Shown in pieces: positions 62,358 to 64,000 of a DNA stretch of 64,000 nucleotides. Location: IMG/VR virus record IMGVR_UViG_3300043773_000315. The stretch is one strand, 5' to 3'. Source of the DNA: an uncultured virus (IMG/VR IMGVR_UViG_3300043773_000315). Its lineage: Duplodnaviria > Heunggongvirae > Uroviricota > Caudoviricetes. The notes beneath the pieces were generated by a model, which was given only the letters and a program-made list of their open reading frames with translations, ran no database searches and was not told the DNA's origin. The position numbers were made by a program, and so were the translations under genes. How positions within the stretch are numbered: position 1 is the stretch's first letter; every line of letters begins with the position of its first letter.

Positions 62358-63010
62358 TACTTGCTCTCCAGTGCGATGAAATACTTGATCTTGCCAGACT
62401 TAGATACAAACTTAGCGAATGCTCCAAGCTGAATTTCAACATCATAGTCACCAGGAATCAACTTGATGTTTTCGACCTTGAACGATGCAGTAAAGTCTTC
62501 GCCAGTATAATCATTCAGCTTGAACGATGCATAGTTAGAAGTATCGTTGGCCTTTTCATGCGTCTGCAAACGAATCTCGCCGTTCTTACCAACAACGGAA
62601 AGATGTGTGAGATTGTTCATTGCAGCCAGACGCAGCAACTTGGTAAGAATGGCGTTTGTAAGAGAGAAACTTACATCAACCTGTTTCAACTTCAACTCCT
62701 TGTCGGGAGGAGAAACGATGAGATTGGTAGAACAAGAATAATAGTTGAACTTGATATCACCATCATTCATGAGAACCGCGTTGTCAGTAAACGTCAAGTC
62801 TGGATTGTTCAGTGTAGAGATGTTACCAAGAAACTGGTTCAAGTCATAGATGCCGAACTGTTCGGGCAGAACATCTTCAACTTCCGCTTCGACCAGAATG
62901 GACTTTTCGGGAGAGATAGTCTTCTGTAGATTTCCCTTTTGAAGGACAATTCCAGAATTGATAGACGAAAAGTTCTTCAATACACTCAGGGTGTTTTCAC
63001 TCAACTTCAT
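62357..63010 (-). CDS. 45: Sliding clamp (T4 gp45)
   Basis: MKLSENTLSVLKNFSSIN, FGIYDLNQFL, FKVENIKLIPGDY, YFIALE. Confidence 0.95.
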   Translation of the reverse strand: MKLSENTLSVLKNFSSINSGIVLQKGNLQKTISPEKSILVEAEVEDVLPEQFGIYDLNQFLGNISTLNNPDLTFTDNAVLMNDGDIKFNYYSCSTNLIVSPPDKELKLKQVDVSFSLTNAILTKLLRLAAMNNLTHLSVVGKNGEIRLQTHEKANDTSNYASFKLNDYTGEDFTASFKVENIKLIPGDYDVEIQLGAFAKFVSKSGKIKYFIALESK

Positions 63011-63036
63011 AATATAAACTCCGATTTGTTTTTGGA

Positions 63037-63696
63037 TTACGCTGCTATTGTATCAGGCTTTTGAGGCCCTGTAAAGACCTTTTTCATGTGTTCGATATCT
63101 CCTTCAAGTGAGGAGATAGTTCCAGTATTGTGCAATTCATGATCCATTATAGAACCAATCCATGCCCATTCTGAATAATGAATACCAGTCTTTTCCATTT
63201 CTTCTTGTGCTTCTGGATTATGTGCAAAACTGATATTGTTAGCAGCATGAGCGAGATCATACCAATCGGGATCAGGACCACGCTTTACACGAATGACAAA
63301 GCCACCCTTTGACTGGATGAATGCAATCTCGTTAGGGAAACGAACGTCAGCAATGACTACGTTTGGATACATGTCCATCTTACGTTCAAGTGAATGAATC
63401 CAAATGTCTGGATGAAATACCTCACGGCCAGCCTCGGTACCCATCATCTGGAGAGCCATGCGAGGAGAGAAATTGTAGCCCATCTTCTCTGACCACCAAT
63501 CGTCAGTTGCCTCACGAAATGCTCGGCTCTCATCAGTATCGCCTTCTAAAAGATGTCGCGGCCATCCGAAGATGGCCGCTGTAGCGTCCTTTACTGTATC
63601 AGCAAAAGACAGTTTTGTAAAGTTATGCTTGTTCACAAGAATATCAGCAACAGTACCTTTACCTGAGCCGATAAATCCTACAATACCAATTAGCAT
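63037..63696 (-). CDS. 1: Deoxynucleoside monophosphate kinase (T4 gp1-like)
   Basis: GFIGSGKGT, SFAD..K, PR.ALQ.MGTE..R, DVRFPNE, H.SE. Confidence 0.9.
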   Translation of the reverse strand: MLIGIVGFIGSGKGTVADILVNKHNFTKLSFADTVKDATAAIFGWPRHLLEGDTDESRAFREATDDWWSEKMGYNFSPRMALQMMGTEAGREVFHPDIWIHSLERKMDMYPNVVIADVRFPNEIAFIQSKGGFVIRVKRGPDPDWYDLAHAANNISFAHNPEAQEEMEKTGIHYSEWAWIGSIMDHELHNTGTISSLEGDIEHMKKVFTGPQKPDTIAA

Positions 63697-63697
63697 G

Positions 63698-64000
63698 TTA
63701 TAGATTCCCTGTTAGTTCCGCAATCTTGACCATGTTACCATTGAACGCATAAGTTCCCATATGCGTAGTTCTCATCCACGGACACAACCAGATTGAGCCG
63801 CCGATCTTGCGCCAATACTGACAGAACATATAGTCTTCTGACAGATAGCGATGAGACGAGTTGACTTCCTTTTCAAGGAGTTCTTTGGCTTGATCTTGGA
63901 CGTTCTCGCCTTTCGCTGCGGCTTCCATCATTTGATGGACCTTATCGAAAGGATCACCACGATCAATGACAGTATCAAAGTATGCATGAATATACCTTGA
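63698..64000 (-). CDS. Glycosyltransferase-like phage protein (5' part outside the window)
   Basis: Open to the window edge: SRYIHAYFDTVID...RYLSEDYMFCQ.WR..GG.IWLCPW...H.G.Y.F. Confidence 0.7.
   Translation of the reverse strand, partial: SRYIHAYFDTVIDRGDPFDKVHQMMEAAAKGENVQDQAKELLEKEVNSSHRYLSEDYMFCQYWRKIGGSIWLCPWMRTTHMGTYAFNGNMVKIAELTGNL

Noticed and set aside
572..63584. Many plus-strand shadow ORFs
   Set aside because: They are antisense to well-supported minus-strand genes; only 12037-13311 and 17838-18401 were accepted on the plus strand.
1..64000. Stop-codon reassignment or suppressor tRNA
   Set aside because: Core genes are intact in the standard code, TAG and TGA are used as stops, and no CUA, UUA or UCA anticodon was found.

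Overview
This window is part of a large T4-like (myovirus) phage genome, almost entirely coded on the minus strand. The host is probably an alphaproteobacterium, judging from a G-1-less tRNA-His, a ROSE-like hsp20 leader and an rrn-like boxA. Layout by coordinate: 1-11.8 kb, putative virion/internal head proteins, including a 1159-aa multi-domain protein and a ligase-motif protein; 12-17.7 kb, Dps, RlpA and NDP-sugar/methyltransferase genes; 17.7-30.4 kb, a tRNA array of 29 genes (a 30th lies at 41.8 kb) interleaved with AT-rich cargo genes and about 10 unexplained structured non-coding elements; 30.4-33.2 kb, small early-type genes; 33.2-40 kb, gp41, UvsX and gp43; 42-54 kb, a glycan-synthesis island (gmd, fcl, ColD-like, GT10, GT2, HtrL-like); 54-64 kb, pstS, hsp20, PAAR, dUTPase, regA, gp62, gp44, dsbA, gp45 and gp1. 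The most striking observation is a 27-codon leader ORF at 27966-28049, not in the supplied ORF track. It contains 19 of the 20 amino acids and overlaps a terminator/antiterminator switch directly upstream of 24 tRNA genes that cover all 20 amino acids. This looks like a ribosome-stalling attenuator that could sense loss of almost any charged tRNA. All calls come from reading the sequence by eye; no searches or folding programs were run.
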